This document shows, in pieces, positions 1-8,953 of a DNA stretch of 64,000 nt. Origin of the DNA: Acidobacteriota bacterium (GTDB lineage: Bacteria; Acidobacteriota; Aminicenantia; Aminicenantales; Saccharicenantaceae); NCBI GenBank assembly GCA_033549365.1, contig JAWSUF010000004.1, forward strand, positions 172,058 to 236,057, read 5' to 3'. Every line of letters begins with the position of its first letter. Positions within the stretch are counted from its first letter, which is position 1. Below the pieces are notes generated by a model, which was given only the letters and a program-made list of their open reading frames with translations, searched no databases and was not told the DNA's origin. Made by a program: the position numbers and the translations under genes.

Positions 1-386
1 TCGGAATGCCGGCGCCCTGGAGAAGGCTGGCCGCCATGTATTTGTAGCGGCTGAGGCCCAATCCCAGCGCGGGGGAGCCGGTGTGCGGGAAGCCGAGCAT
101 CCGGATGAAGGCGGCGACGCGCATCTCATAGAGCGCTCCGTGAACGACGTCGTCATATTGGTTGAAAACGACGTCGGGCCGGATCTTACGGAGTTTCCGC
201 TGGAGATAGGACAAGTCGTCCGAGAGGGGGACGACCGTAACCGTATGACCGAGGCGGCGCATGGCCCGGGCCATGCGCCGGATCATTTGTTGCAGATGCC
301 AGCCGCTGCCCTCATCGCCGGGGGATTCCGGTTGAGAGTCGGTATAGGCATTGTAGATCAAGGCCACGCGAAGTTTCTTTTTCATG
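1..386 (-). CDS. ATP-grasp enzyme of the D-alanine--D-alanine ligase family (5' part only; the gene runs off the window start)
   Basis: Reverse-strand translation from the ATG at 384-386 gives MKKKLRVALIYNAYTDSQPES...VVPLSDDLSYLQRKL...VFNQYDDVVHGALYEMRVAAFIRMLGFPHTGSPALGLGLSRYKYMAASLLQGAGIP. This is the N-terminal and central pattern of Ddl-type ATP-grasp ligases (compare [39 protein letters not shown]). It is absent from the ORF track because no stop codon lies inside the window. Confidence 0.55.
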
Positions 387-446
387 GTTCCTCAAACTCT
401 CGATGATTGCGCGTATCATAGTGCAAGATATCCCGAAGCGCAAGAC

Positions 447-1565
447 TTAAGCCCAGATTCCGGGAATCGGCCGGCCGCAATTCCCGCACGTTCCCTCTTT
501 CATGTTCGTTTCGACGACGGAGAAATGGGTGCGCCGGATGATGATTTCACGGCAGGAGGGACAAAAGGTCGAGTTTCCGGCATGGCCGGGAACATTGCCC
601 ATGTAGACATATTGCAGTCCGGCCCGATTTGCGACCTCGCAGGCGTTTTCAAGCGTGGACAAAGGTGTTGCGGGAAGATGGGGCAGTTTATAGTTCGGAA
701 AGAAGCGTGTGAAATGGATCGGCGTTTCGGGGCCGAGTTTTTCGGCGATCCAGAAACACATCGCCTCGATCTCATCCGGCCGGTCGTTGAGCGAGGGGAC
801 GACGAGGTTGACGATTTCGAGCCAGACGTTTTTCTCTTTCACCGTCTGCAGCGTTTCGAGCACGGGCGCCAGAGTTGCCTGGGATACGTCGTCATAAAAC
901 GCCTCGCTGAATCCCTTGAGGTCGATCTTGACGGCGTCGAGCACCTTGAGAAGCTCGACCAGGGGTTCCCGATTGATATAACCGTTCGACACGATCGATG
1001 TCCGCAGCCCCCGCGCCCGGGCCAGACGGGAGATGTCGAGGACGTACTCGTAGAAAACGGTGGGTTCGGTATAAGTGAAGGAGATCGATGTCATGCCCTC
1101 CCGCACCGCCCGTTCGACGACGGCGGCCGGCGTGTGGGGAAAAACCCTGACATCCTCGATTCGTTTCTGGGACAGATGCCAGTTCTGGCAGTACTTGCAC
1201 CGCAGGTTGCAGCTTGCGCAGGCCAGGCACAGGCGTTCATGGCCCGGAAGAAAGTGGTAGAGCGGCGCTTTTTCGATAGGCCCGATGTCCACGGTCGAAG
1301 GTTTCCCGTAGACGACGGAATAAAGCGTTCCGCCCCGGTTTTCGCGGTTCCGGCAGAATCCCCGCCGGCGATTTTCGATGATGCACTGCCGCGGGCACAA
1401 CCGGCATTGGACGGACCGTCCGTCGGTTTTCCGGTAAAACATCGCCTCCTTGCGCGCGCGGGTGTTTTCCGCCGCCGCGCCGGACTCGGGCGGGAAAAAG
1501 CCCGCCCCCGCGAGGAGCGAGGCCATGGTTTTCAGAAAATGCCGTCTGTCCGTCATCGCCGTCAC
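447..1565 (-). CDS. Radical SAM enzyme, AmmeMemoRadiSam (AmrS)/PflA-activase-like, with an N-terminal twin-arginine (Tat) signal
   Basis: 372 aa. The CxxxCxxC radical SAM motif is present (CASCNLRCKYC). The start is GTG with an upstream GAAGGG ribosome-binding site. The N-terminus MTAMTDRRHFLKTMASLLAGAG is a Tat-type signal. Overall similarity is to the pyruvate-formate-lyase activase-like AmrS family. Confidence 0.7.
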   Translation of the reverse strand: MTAMTDRRHFLKTMASLLAGAGFFPPESGAAAENTRARKEAMFYRKTDGRSVQCRLCPRQCIIENRRRGFCRNRENRGGTLYSVVYGKPSTVDIGPIEKAPLYHFLPGHERLCLACASCNLRCKYCQNWHLSQKRIEDVRVFPHTPAAVVERAVREGMTSISFTYTEPTVFYEYVLDISRLARARGLRTSIVSNGYINREPLVELLKVLDAVKIDLKGFSEAFYDDVSQATLAPVLETLQTVKEKNVWLEIVNLVVPSLNDRPDEIEAMCFWIAEKLGPETPIHFTRFFPNYKLPHLPATPLSTLENACEVANRAGLQYVYMGNVPGHAGNSTFCPSCREIIIRRTHFSVVETNMKEGTCGNCGRPIPGIWA

Positions 1566-1591
1566 GCACCGCCCTTCACAAAAATTCTATG

Positions 1592-3868
1592 TCATTTCCG
1601 CATCTTTGTGAAGACGAGGATGAGCAGCCAACTTCCGATCTTGACCAGGGCCAGAAAAAAACAGGCGGCCTTGAGCCCGAGCACCGGAAGCAGAAGAATC
1701 CCGCCGGCCAGGCCTCCGAGGAATCCTCCCAGAAGATCCGCACCATAGAGAAGTCCGGCCGTTTGTCCGAAAGGCCGCTTTTCGGGAGGAAGTTCCAATT
1801 GGATTCCGGCCGCCAGCGGAAATTGAAATCCGACCAGGAACCCGGAAACGAACGAGATAAGGAAAAAGACGGCATAAGGCAGGCCGCGGCCGGCGCCGGT
1901 TTCGAGAAGGAGGGCGAGGCCGGAAAAGACAAATGGAAGCCCGACCGCCAAGCCGACGAAGCCCGCTTCCAGTTTCAGGAAAAGGCCGGCGCCGTTCCCG
2001 GCCCGGTCCGGGCGGCGCGCGGACTTCCGGCCTCCAAAGGCCGTGCCGGCCAGAAACAGGGTGAGCAAAAGTCCGACCTGATGATAGAGATAACCGAAAA
2101 ACGACTGAAACGTCAGGATGACAGACAACTGGAAAATCATTCCGCACAGGCCCGATGACAAAACGGCGTAGGGGACGGCCCAGGTCGAAAGCCGGGGTTT
2201 GATTTTGAAGGCAAGAAACAGCAAAACGGGAATGAGGAAGCCCGGCCAGAACAGAGATGCGGGTTTGAGCGCGCCCATGGCGGAGAAGACCTTCGTCAAA
2301 CCCGGGGCAAAAAGGGCGTTCCAAGTCGCAAGGCTGTAAAAGACGCCGATCGGCCGGAAGTCGGAATTGAGCCGGGGTTCCGCGCCTTCCATCGATTCCC
2401 GAAACCAGGCCAGCCGCTCCGGCCGCAGCCGGAAGGCCAGGTAATCGTCCGTGAAGATGCCGCTTTCGATCTCTCGTTCGGCCATCCGGGCGGCCAGTTC
2501 GGCCACGGCCGTTTTTTCCGTTTCCGCAGAGTCGGAGGCAATGAAGAGATTGATATCGCCGGGTATCGTCCGCACATGCGGGAAAACACTCCGCAGGGTG
2601 TCCTCGATGCATCGGTTGAGGTCCCGAACCGGGGCGGTGATGTGTGTCGCGGAGCCGGGCAGGGAGAGCGCGAGTAGACCGCCCGGATTCATCTTTCCCC
2701 GGGCCGTCAAAAAGAACTCGCGGGTGAAGAGCCGGTTCGTCTGGAGTTCCTGGGGAGCTGACAGCCCGATCAGAATGATGTCGTAGCGATTGTTCGTGCG
2801 TTTGATATGGAAACGGCCGTCGGAGAAATGGACGTGGACCCGGGGATCGGCGAGTTCCATCCGGGTCGTCGGCGTCTCGAATCGATGAAGGAGCTTCAGC
2901 ACCAGAGGATCGAGTTCCACGTAGTCCACCCGCCGAACGGGATGTTTCAGAATTTCCCGGATGATCCCCCCGGCGCCTCCTCCGAGAACGGCCGCGGATT
3001 CCGGATTCGGGTGATGAAGAAAGGGGAAGTGCACAAAGTCTTCGACCGCTTCAACGTCGGGATCGGGCGCGGTTATCGCGGGCAGGCCGTCGGAGAAAAA
3101 CGTGTATTGCTCGCCCTGTCGGGTTACGGTGATGTTGCCGTAGACGGAATTTTCGCTGTGGACGACATCCATTCCCCGCCATTGAAGTCTCAGGGAAAAG
3201 GCATGGATCCGATCCAAAACAGGCGGCGAAAGCGCCGGGATCATCAAGACGACCATGACGGCGGCGGCGCCGAAGAGGATTTTCCGGACCCGAAGCAAAA
3301 CAATGGAAATCAGGGCATTGGCCAGGGAGATCAGAATGGCGATTGTGAGGGAATCCAGGAGTTGAATCAGAAGATAAGTCAGAAGAATTCCGCCGGCGAT
3401 CGAACCGAGGGTTTCCAGGACATAGACATTCCCGATGGAGGAGGCTTTTTCCGTTTGGTGATCCGCGGCCAGCCGGCAGCCGAAGGGAAAAAGCGCGCCA
3501 TGGGGGAGCGCCACGGGAAGGAGAAGAAGGAACGAGGCCGCGAAGACGGAGACAAGCCCCAGGGCTTCTCCCGGCGTTTCGAAAAACACGGCCTTGAAGA
3601 TCCGGCTGAAAAAGACCGCCGGGGGAAAGGCCGCGGCGAAAATCAATTGGAAGAGAACATAGACCTCCAGTTTTTTGGCCGTCTTTTCCGCGAACCTTCC
3701 GCCCAGGACGGCGCCCGCGGCTTCGAGGAGAAGCCAGTTGGCCAGGATGATGCCGATCGTCAGCTCGTTTCCGTAAAACGAAACGAGCATCTCCCGGAGA
3801 AGAATAACCTGACCGACGATTCCGCTCGCTCCCATGAGGAGGAGGGACGTTTTCAGTGGTTTCCCCAT
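1592..3868 (-). CDS. Membrane-bound polyamine aminopropyltransferase (spermidine synthase-like) with N- and C-terminal polytopic domains
   Basis: 758 aa. A central spermidine-synthase (PABS) fold is present (VLGGGAGGIIREILKHPVRRVDYVELD ... DIILIGLSAPQ). Multiple transmembrane helices flank it on both sides. This is the long membrane-form spermidine synthase family. Confidence 0.75.
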   Translation of the reverse strand: MGKPLKTSLLLMGASGIVGQVILLREMLVSFYGNELTIGIILANWLLLEAAGAVLGGRFAEKTAKKLEVYVLFQLIFAAAFPPAVFFSRIFKAVFFETPGEALGLVSVFAASFLLLLPVALPHGALFPFGCRLAADHQTEKASSIGNVYVLETLGSIAGGILLTYLLIQLLDSLTIAILISLANALISIVLLRVRKILFGAAAVMVVLMIPALSPPVLDRIHAFSLRLQWRGMDVVHSENSVYGNITVTRQGEQYTFFSDGLPAITAPDPDVEAVEDFVHFPFLHHPNPESAAVLGGGAGGIIREILKHPVRRVDYVELDPLVLKLLHRFETPTTRMELADPRVHVHFSDGRFHIKRTNNRYDIILIGLSAPQELQTNRLFTREFFLTARGKMNPGGLLALSLPGSATHITAPVRDLNRCIEDTLRSVFPHVRTIPGDINLFIASDSAETEKTAVAELAARMAEREIESGIFTDDYLAFRLRPERLAWFRESMEGAEPRLNSDFRPIGVFYSLATWNALFAPGLTKVFSAMGALKPASLFWPGFLIPVLLFLAFKIKPRLSTWAVPYAVLSSGLCGMIFQLSVILTFQSFFGYLYHQVGLLLTLFLAGTAFGGRKSARRPDRAGNGAGLFLKLEAGFVGLAVGLPFVFSGLALLLETGAGRGLPYAVFFLISFVSGFLVGFQFPLAAGIQLELPPEKRPFGQTAGLLYGADLLGGFLGGLAGGILLLPVLGLKAACFFLALVKIGSWLLILVFTKMRK

Positions 3869-3937
3869 GGCCTCACCGGGCCAAAGCGTAAATCAGGGAC
3901 ACCGGCGTGTCAAGAAACGGTGACCCGGCCGGAGGGT

Positions 3938-5581
3938 TTAAAGGGCCGCGAGAATGCGGTCAAGGCCGGATTCGATATCGCTTTTGAGGTCGATCCGCAA
4001 CACGCGCCGGTCCGTTTTCCTCAGGGCCAGATAATCCCCGAGAGCCTGGGCCCGGACAATCGTCCCGAAGGAATAATCCGTTTCGGGAACGCTGAGGTCA
4101 GTCCCGGGCTCGTCGACGAGCTGGAGGAAAAGGCCCGTGTTCGGTCCGCCCTTGTGAAGCTGTCCCGTGGAATGGAGAAAGCGTGGCCCGTATCCGAATG
4201 TCGTTGCAAGTTTTATCTTTTCGAGAAGTGCGGCCCTGATATCGCGCAGGCGGCGGTCGATCTCCGGAGCCGGGGGAAGATAGGCCTGGACGGCGATGTA
4301 ATCTCCGGTCCCGGCCTGAGAAACCCAGCCCTCGAGAGCCGTTTTCAGGTGCTCCGGATCGCCGGCGGGAACGGAGTTTTCGTCGCCTTCCGGCCGGCCG
4401 ACCCCGCCGCCTTCCATAAATGATCTGGCCATGGACTTGGCAAGTTCGACATCCGGCTGATTGAAAGGATGAAGGCCCATGATGGACCCCGCGGCGGCGA
4501 CGGCGATTTCCCATCGGAAAATTTCCCACCCGAGAGCGTAAAGATCGTTCAGAGTTGTCCGGATGACCGGATGTCCGAGCCGCTCCAGAGCGTCCAGCCG
4601 GGATTCGAGATCCCGGTCGCCGTCCTGTTCCAGGCTGATTCCGGCAAAGACGCGGTCGGCGCCGTAGTCTTCCGGCCGAAGAAGAGGCTCGTCCGCGACG
4701 GGAACGATGCCCCGGCCGTCTTTTCCCGTGCTTTCGGCGATGAGCTGTTCCAGCCAATCGGGAAAATGCCGAAGAGACTTCGAGGTGAGGAGGGTCAGTT
4801 TGTCTCTTGTCGCGGCGATTTCGCCCAGGGCGGCACCCAGAAGATATCCCGCTGCGACATCCACCGGATTGACCTGAAGGGTCGTTTCCGCCTCTTCCCG
4901 CGCCGCGTCGAGAAGCCGCTGGATGTCCATGCCGATCACGGCGGCCGGGACCAGGCCGAACTCGGTCAGAGCCGAGTATCGCCCTCCGACATTTGGATCC
5001 GCCTCGAAAAGCCCGCGGAAGCGCTTCTCGGCGGCCAGGGCGGCCAACGGCGTTCCTGGATCGGTTATGACGGCGAACCGCCGTCCGGGATCGCCCGTCA
5101 GACGCCCGGCTCTGTCCCAAAAGTATCGATGGAAGGACAGGGTTTCGAGCGTCGTCCCCGATTTGCTGGAGACGATAAACAACGTGCGATCCAGGTCAAC
5201 CGCTTTTTCGGCCGCCGCGACCGCCGCCGGATGAGTGGAGTCCAGAACGAGAAGTTCGGGATATCCGGGCCGATTGCCGAAGGTCTTCTGAAAAAACTCC
5301 GGCGCCAAGCTGGATCCACCCATTCCAAAAAGCAGGACATGCGTGAAGCCTTCGATCCGGATTTCCTCGGCGAAGGATTCGATCTGACCCAGTTTTTCCG
5401 GCATCCGCTTCGGCAGGTCGAGCCATCCCAACCTGTCGGAAATCTCCTCCGGGCGATCCGCCCAGAGCGTATAGTCCTTGGCCCGAAGCCTTCCGGTAAA
5501 ACCCGTCTTTTCCCACTCCTCCAGGCGTTTTTCGACTTTTATCTGAAATTCACCGAGGTGAAAACGGCTGATCACGGTCAT
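3938..5581 (-). CDS. pgi: Glucose-6-phosphate isomerase
   Basis: 547 aa. PGI signatures are present (LLFGMGGSSLAPEFF, sugar isomerase domain) and the length matches the bacterial/cyanobacterial type. Confidence 0.85.
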   Translation of the reverse strand: MTVISRFHLGEFQIKVEKRLEEWEKTGFTGRLRAKDYTLWADRPEEISDRLGWLDLPKRMPEKLGQIESFAEEIRIEGFTHVLLFGMGGSSLAPEFFQKTFGNRPGYPELLVLDSTHPAAVAAAEKAVDLDRTLFIVSSKSGTTLETLSFHRYFWDRAGRLTGDPGRRFAVITDPGTPLAALAAEKRFRGLFEADPNVGGRYSALTEFGLVPAAVIGMDIQRLLDAAREEAETTLQVNPVDVAAGYLLGAALGEIAATRDKLTLLTSKSLRHFPDWLEQLIAESTGKDGRGIVPVADEPLLRPEDYGADRVFAGISLEQDGDRDLESRLDALERLGHPVIRTTLNDLYALGWEIFRWEIAVAAAGSIMGLHPFNQPDVELAKSMARSFMEGGGVGRPEGDENSVPAGDPEHLKTALEGWVSQAGTGDYIAVQAYLPPAPEIDRRLRDIRAALLEKIKLATTFGYGPRFLHSTGQLHKGGPNTGLFLQLVDEPGTDLSVPETDYSFGTIVRAQALGDYLALRKTDRRVLRIDLKSDIESGLDRILAAL

Positions 5582-5692
5582 CGGCTGCCTCCGTTGTAAT
5601 CTTTCTGGATCCGGCTCCTATCTAACCGTTTATTGACAACCGATGTCAACTCTTCGAGGGGCCTCGGGGAATATACGCCAGCCTTTCCGTCT

Positions 5693-6136
5693 TCATTGTT
5701 TTTCATAATCCGCGATCTTTCTGAGGCGATTCCGATGCCGGGGTTTGCCGCTGAAAGGCGTGCGCAACCAGACGGCGATGATCCTCATGGCTCTTTCGGT
5801 CGGGAAATACCGCCCCCGGAGCCCCAGGACATTCGTATCGTTGTCGACACGCGACATTTTTGCGGAATAGGTATCATAGGCCGCCACGGCTCGAATGCCG
5901 TCCACCTTGTTGGCGGCGATCGTCATTCCGGTTCCCGTGCCGCAGATCAGGATCCCCCGCGAGCCTTTATGCTTGGCGACATGTTCGGCGACACGGAAAG
6001 CATAGTCCGGGTAATCCACGGGGTCAAGAGTGGTTGTTCCGAGATCCTCATAGGGGATCTTTCGACGCATCAGATCAGCCTTGATTTTTTCCTTCAGACG
6101 CACCCCGGCGTGATCGGAACCCAGGTAGATTTTCAT
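5693..6136 (-). CDS. rpiB: Ribose-5-phosphate isomerase B
   Basis: The track ORF was trimmed to the internal ATG (MKIYLGSDHAGVRLKEKI...), which is preceded by an AGGAG ribosome-binding site. The RpiB/LacAB pattern is typical (ILICGTGTGMTIAANK). Confidence 0.85.
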   Translation of the reverse strand: MKIYLGSDHAGVRLKEKIKADLMRRKIPYEDLGTTTLDPVDYPDYAFRVAEHVAKHKGSRGILICGTGTGMTIAANKVDGIRAVAAYDTYSAKMSRVDNDTNVLGLRGRYFPTERAMRIIAVWLRTPFSGKPRHRNRLRKIADYEKQ

Positions 6137-6140
6137 GATA

Positions 6141-6890
6141 TCACTCCTGCTCTCGGCTTTCCGTGAACATGCGGCCCACCACATCCATCAACTCGCCGGG
6201 ATCGTCGACGATCCAACGGCCGTTGAGGACCCGCTCCCCTCGATGAAGCCCCTCTCGGGTGAAAGGCGTCGATACGGCGATGCATCTCATCCCGGCCGCC
6301 AGGGCGGACCTGACGCCGTTCGGCGAATCCTCGATGACCAGGCAATCCCGGGCGGCCACTCCAAGTCGCTCGGCCACGAGGCGATAGATCGCCGGGTCCG
6401 GTTTGCCGCGGTCGACGTCCTCACGCGACGCAACGGCGTCGAAGATCCGGGTGATATGCAGGATCCCCAGGATCCTCTCGACCTCCGGGCGATAGGACAT
6501 CGTGGCCAACCCGATCTGGCAACACATCCTCCGGGCCATTTTGAGCAGGGCGATGTTGTGCGGCCATTGATGCCGGCGGACGACCGCAGGGTCGTCGATC
6601 ATCCTCCGGTAGTGACGCTGGCGGAGCTCGACGAGGACCTGTGAAGGGGATGACACGCCGAGCCCATCCATCAGAAGCCGGGCCTTCTCCTCGAGGCCAA
6701 AGCGCTCCACAAGGATGCGGGCGGCCTCCCAGCGATCGAGCCCCACAACGTCCTTGAAGGCCTCGATCACCGAGCTCTCCACCAGCCCGACCGGGAGAAG
6801 CTCGACGGCGGCCCGCGCGTACGAGACCGCCTTGAGCTTCTCCGTCTGGACCAGCGTCCCGTCCAGGTCGAAGATCACGGCCCGGATCAC
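6141..6890 (-). CDS. HAD-superfamily hydrolase (beta-phosphoglucomutase/phosphatase-like)
   Basis: HAD motif I is DLDGTL (IFDLDGTLVQTE), with a C-terminal motif IEDSPNGVRSA. The GTG start overlaps the tkt stop. Confidence 0.75.
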   Translation of the reverse strand: MIRAVIFDLDGTLVQTEKLKAVSYARAAVELLPVGLVESSVIEAFKDVVGLDRWEAARILVERFGLEEKARLLMDGLGVSSPSQVLVELRQRHYRRMIDDPAVVRRHQWPHNIALLKMARRMCCQIGLATMSYRPEVERILGILHITRIFDAVASREDVDRGKPDPAIYRLVAERLGVAARDCLVIEDSPNGVRSALAAGMRCIAVSTPFTREGLHRGERVLNGRWIVDDPGELMDVVGRMFTESREQE

Positions 6891-8953
6891 GGAACGACCT
6901 CCGCCAGAATCTCATGCACCGTTTCGACGATCCTTTCGGCCGTAAACCCGAATCTCCTTTGCAGCGCCTCCAGCGGAGCGGACGCCCCGAAGGTCTCCAT
7001 CCCGATCGAACGACCGGACGGCCCGACATACTTGGCCCACCCGAGCGTCGAGGCCTGTTCGACGGAGACTCGGGTCGTGACGTCCGGGGGAAGGACGCTT
7101 TCCCGATAGGCCCGGCTCTGTTTCTCGAAGAGTTCCCAGGAGGGCATGCTGATCACCCGGGCCACGATCCCTTCCGCCTCGAGCTTCAAGTAAGCGTCAA
7201 GGCAGAGTGCGACCTCGCTTCCGCTGGCCATCAACAGCACCTCGGGTTTGCCGGCCCCCGCGCCGGCGAGGACATAGGCTCCCTGGGCGACTCCCGAGGC
7301 CGCGCCGTATTTCACCCGGTCGAACGTGGGCAGGTTCTGACGGCTGAGCACGAGGGCTACGGGTTCGTGACGAAGCTGGATGATCAATCTCCAGGCTTCG
7401 ACCACTTCGTTGGCGTCGGCGGGCCGAAGGACGATCAATCCGGGGACGGCACGCAGGGACGCCAGATGTTCGACCGGCTGATGAGTCGGGCCGTCCTCCC
7501 CGACGCCGATGGAATCGTGAGTGAAGATATGGATCACGGGAAGCTCCATGAGAGCGCTGAGCCGCAGCGACGGCCGGCCATAGTCGCTGAAGATAAGGAA
7601 GCCCGAGCTGAAAGGCCGGATCTTGGACAATGACAGTCCGTTGAGAACGGCGGCCATGGCATGCTCGCGGATGCCGAAATGAAGATTCCGTCCCGAGTAG
7701 CGGCCCGCTTCGAGGTCCCCGGCCCCGGAGAAGGTCAAGCGCGTCCGTGTCGACGGGGCCAGGTCGGCCGAGCCCCCGATCAGCCAGGGGATGTTCTGTG
7801 CCAGCGTGTTGAGGACGGCTGCCGAGCTCGCCCGGCCGGCCTGGCCTTTCTCGTCGGCCGGGAACACGGGAAGGCCCTTGTCCCATCCGTCCGGCAGCTG
7901 CCGGTGCTGCATCCTGTAGAGGTGATCGGCCCGTTCAGGGTGGGCCTCTCTGTATCGGTCGAACATCGAGAACCAGGTTTCGCGCAGGGCCCGGCCGCGG
8001 GTCCCGATGCCCGAAGCGAAATGATCCCTGACCTCGTCCGGGACCAGGAACTTGGCGTCCTCCGGCCAGCCGTAGGCCCGTTTCGTCTGCCTGATCTCGT
8101 CCTCGCCCAGCGGTTCGCCATGGGCCGAGGCGCGGTCCTGCTTATGAGGAGAGCCGTAGCCGATATGGCTGTCGACGATGATCAACGTCGGCCTGTCGGA
8201 GGGATCCTCGAACGACCGGAACGTCCGGGCTAGAAGCTCCAGATCATTGGCGGAAGTCACCTGGATGACGTCCCACCTGTAAGCCTCGAAGCGACGGCCC
8301 ACGTCTTCGGAGAAGGCCAGGCTCGTCGGCCCTTCGATGGTGATCTTGTTGTTGTCGTAAATCCAGCAGAGGTTCCCCAGCTTCAGGTGTCCGGCGAGCG
8401 ATGCGGCCTCGCTGGAAACGCCTTCCATCATGCATCCGTCGCCGGCCAGGGCGTAAACGTTGTAGTCGAACATCGGGAAGCCGGGGCGGTTGAAATATTC
8501 GGCCATCCACCGACCCGCTATGGCCATGCCGACGCTGGTGGCCAGCCCCTGCCCCAAGGGGCCCGTCGTCGTCTCGACGCCCGAGGTCCAACGGTATTCA
8601 GGATGCCCGGGCGCCTTGCTGTCCAGCTGGCGGAAGCTCTTGATGTCGTCGAGCGTCACTGAGAGCCTGCCGAGGGTTTCGTACTTGGGATTCACGGCTT
8701 TGACGCCCGCCAGGTGAAGCAGGGCGTAGAGAAGCATGGAGGCATGGCCCGCCGAGAGGACGAAACGGTCGCGGTTCGGCCAGAGTGGGCTGGCGGGATC
8801 GAAGCGCAAGAAATCCCGCCACAGGACATAGGCGACGGGGGCCATGGCCATCGGCGTGCCCGGGTGGCCCGAGTTGGCCGCCTGGACGGCGTCCATGGAC
8901 AGGGTCCTGATCGTATTGATGCTTTTTTCGACGAGCGTGTCAAGAGGGGTCAT
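6887..8953 (-). CDS. tkt: Transketolase
   Basis: 688 aa. The N-terminal thiamine-diphosphate binding pattern is SGHPGTPMAMAPVAYVLW, and the central and C-terminal transketolase domains are conserved. ATGA overlaps link it to the upstream and downstream genes. Confidence 0.95.
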   Translation of the reverse strand: MTPLDTLVEKSINTIRTLSMDAVQAANSGHPGTPMAMAPVAYVLWRDFLRFDPASPLWPNRDRFVLSAGHASMLLYALLHLAGVKAVNPKYETLGRLSVTLDDIKSFRQLDSKAPGHPEYRWTSGVETTTGPLGQGLATSVGMAIAGRWMAEYFNRPGFPMFDYNVYALAGDGCMMEGVSSEAASLAGHLKLGNLCWIYDNNKITIEGPTSLAFSEDVGRRFEAYRWDVIQVTSANDLELLARTFRSFEDPSDRPTLIIVDSHIGYGSPHKQDRASAHGEPLGEDEIRQTKRAYGWPEDAKFLVPDEVRDHFASGIGTRGRALRETWFSMFDRYREAHPERADHLYRMQHRQLPDGWDKGLPVFPADEKGQAGRASSAAVLNTLAQNIPWLIGGSADLAPSTRTRLTFSGAGDLEAGRYSGRNLHFGIREHAMAAVLNGLSLSKIRPFSSGFLIFSDYGRPSLRLSALMELPVIHIFTHDSIGVGEDGPTHQPVEHLASLRAVPGLIVLRPADANEVVEAWRLIIQLRHEPVALVLSRQNLPTFDRVKYGAASGVAQGAYVLAGAGAGKPEVLLMASGSEVALCLDAYLKLEAEGIVARVISMPSWELFEKQSRAYRESVLPPDVTTRVSVEQASTLGWAKYVGPSGRSIGMETFGASAPLEALQRRFGFTAERIVETVHEILAEVVP

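Noticed and set aside
384-1748. 454-aa plus-strand ORF overlapping the radical SAM gene
   Set aside because: It is antisense to a well-supported conserved gene, has low-complexity Arg/Pro/Gly-rich composition and no recognisable domain. Long antisense ORFs are expected at this GC content.
2807-5599. Plus-strand ORFs of 538 and 376 aa (2807-4423, 4469-5599) and the minus-strand 340-aa ORF 4098-5120
   Set aside because: They are antisense or alternate-frame shadows of the spermidine-synthase-like gene and pgi. Their composition is Arg/Gly/Pro-rich and they have no ribosome-binding site and no domain.
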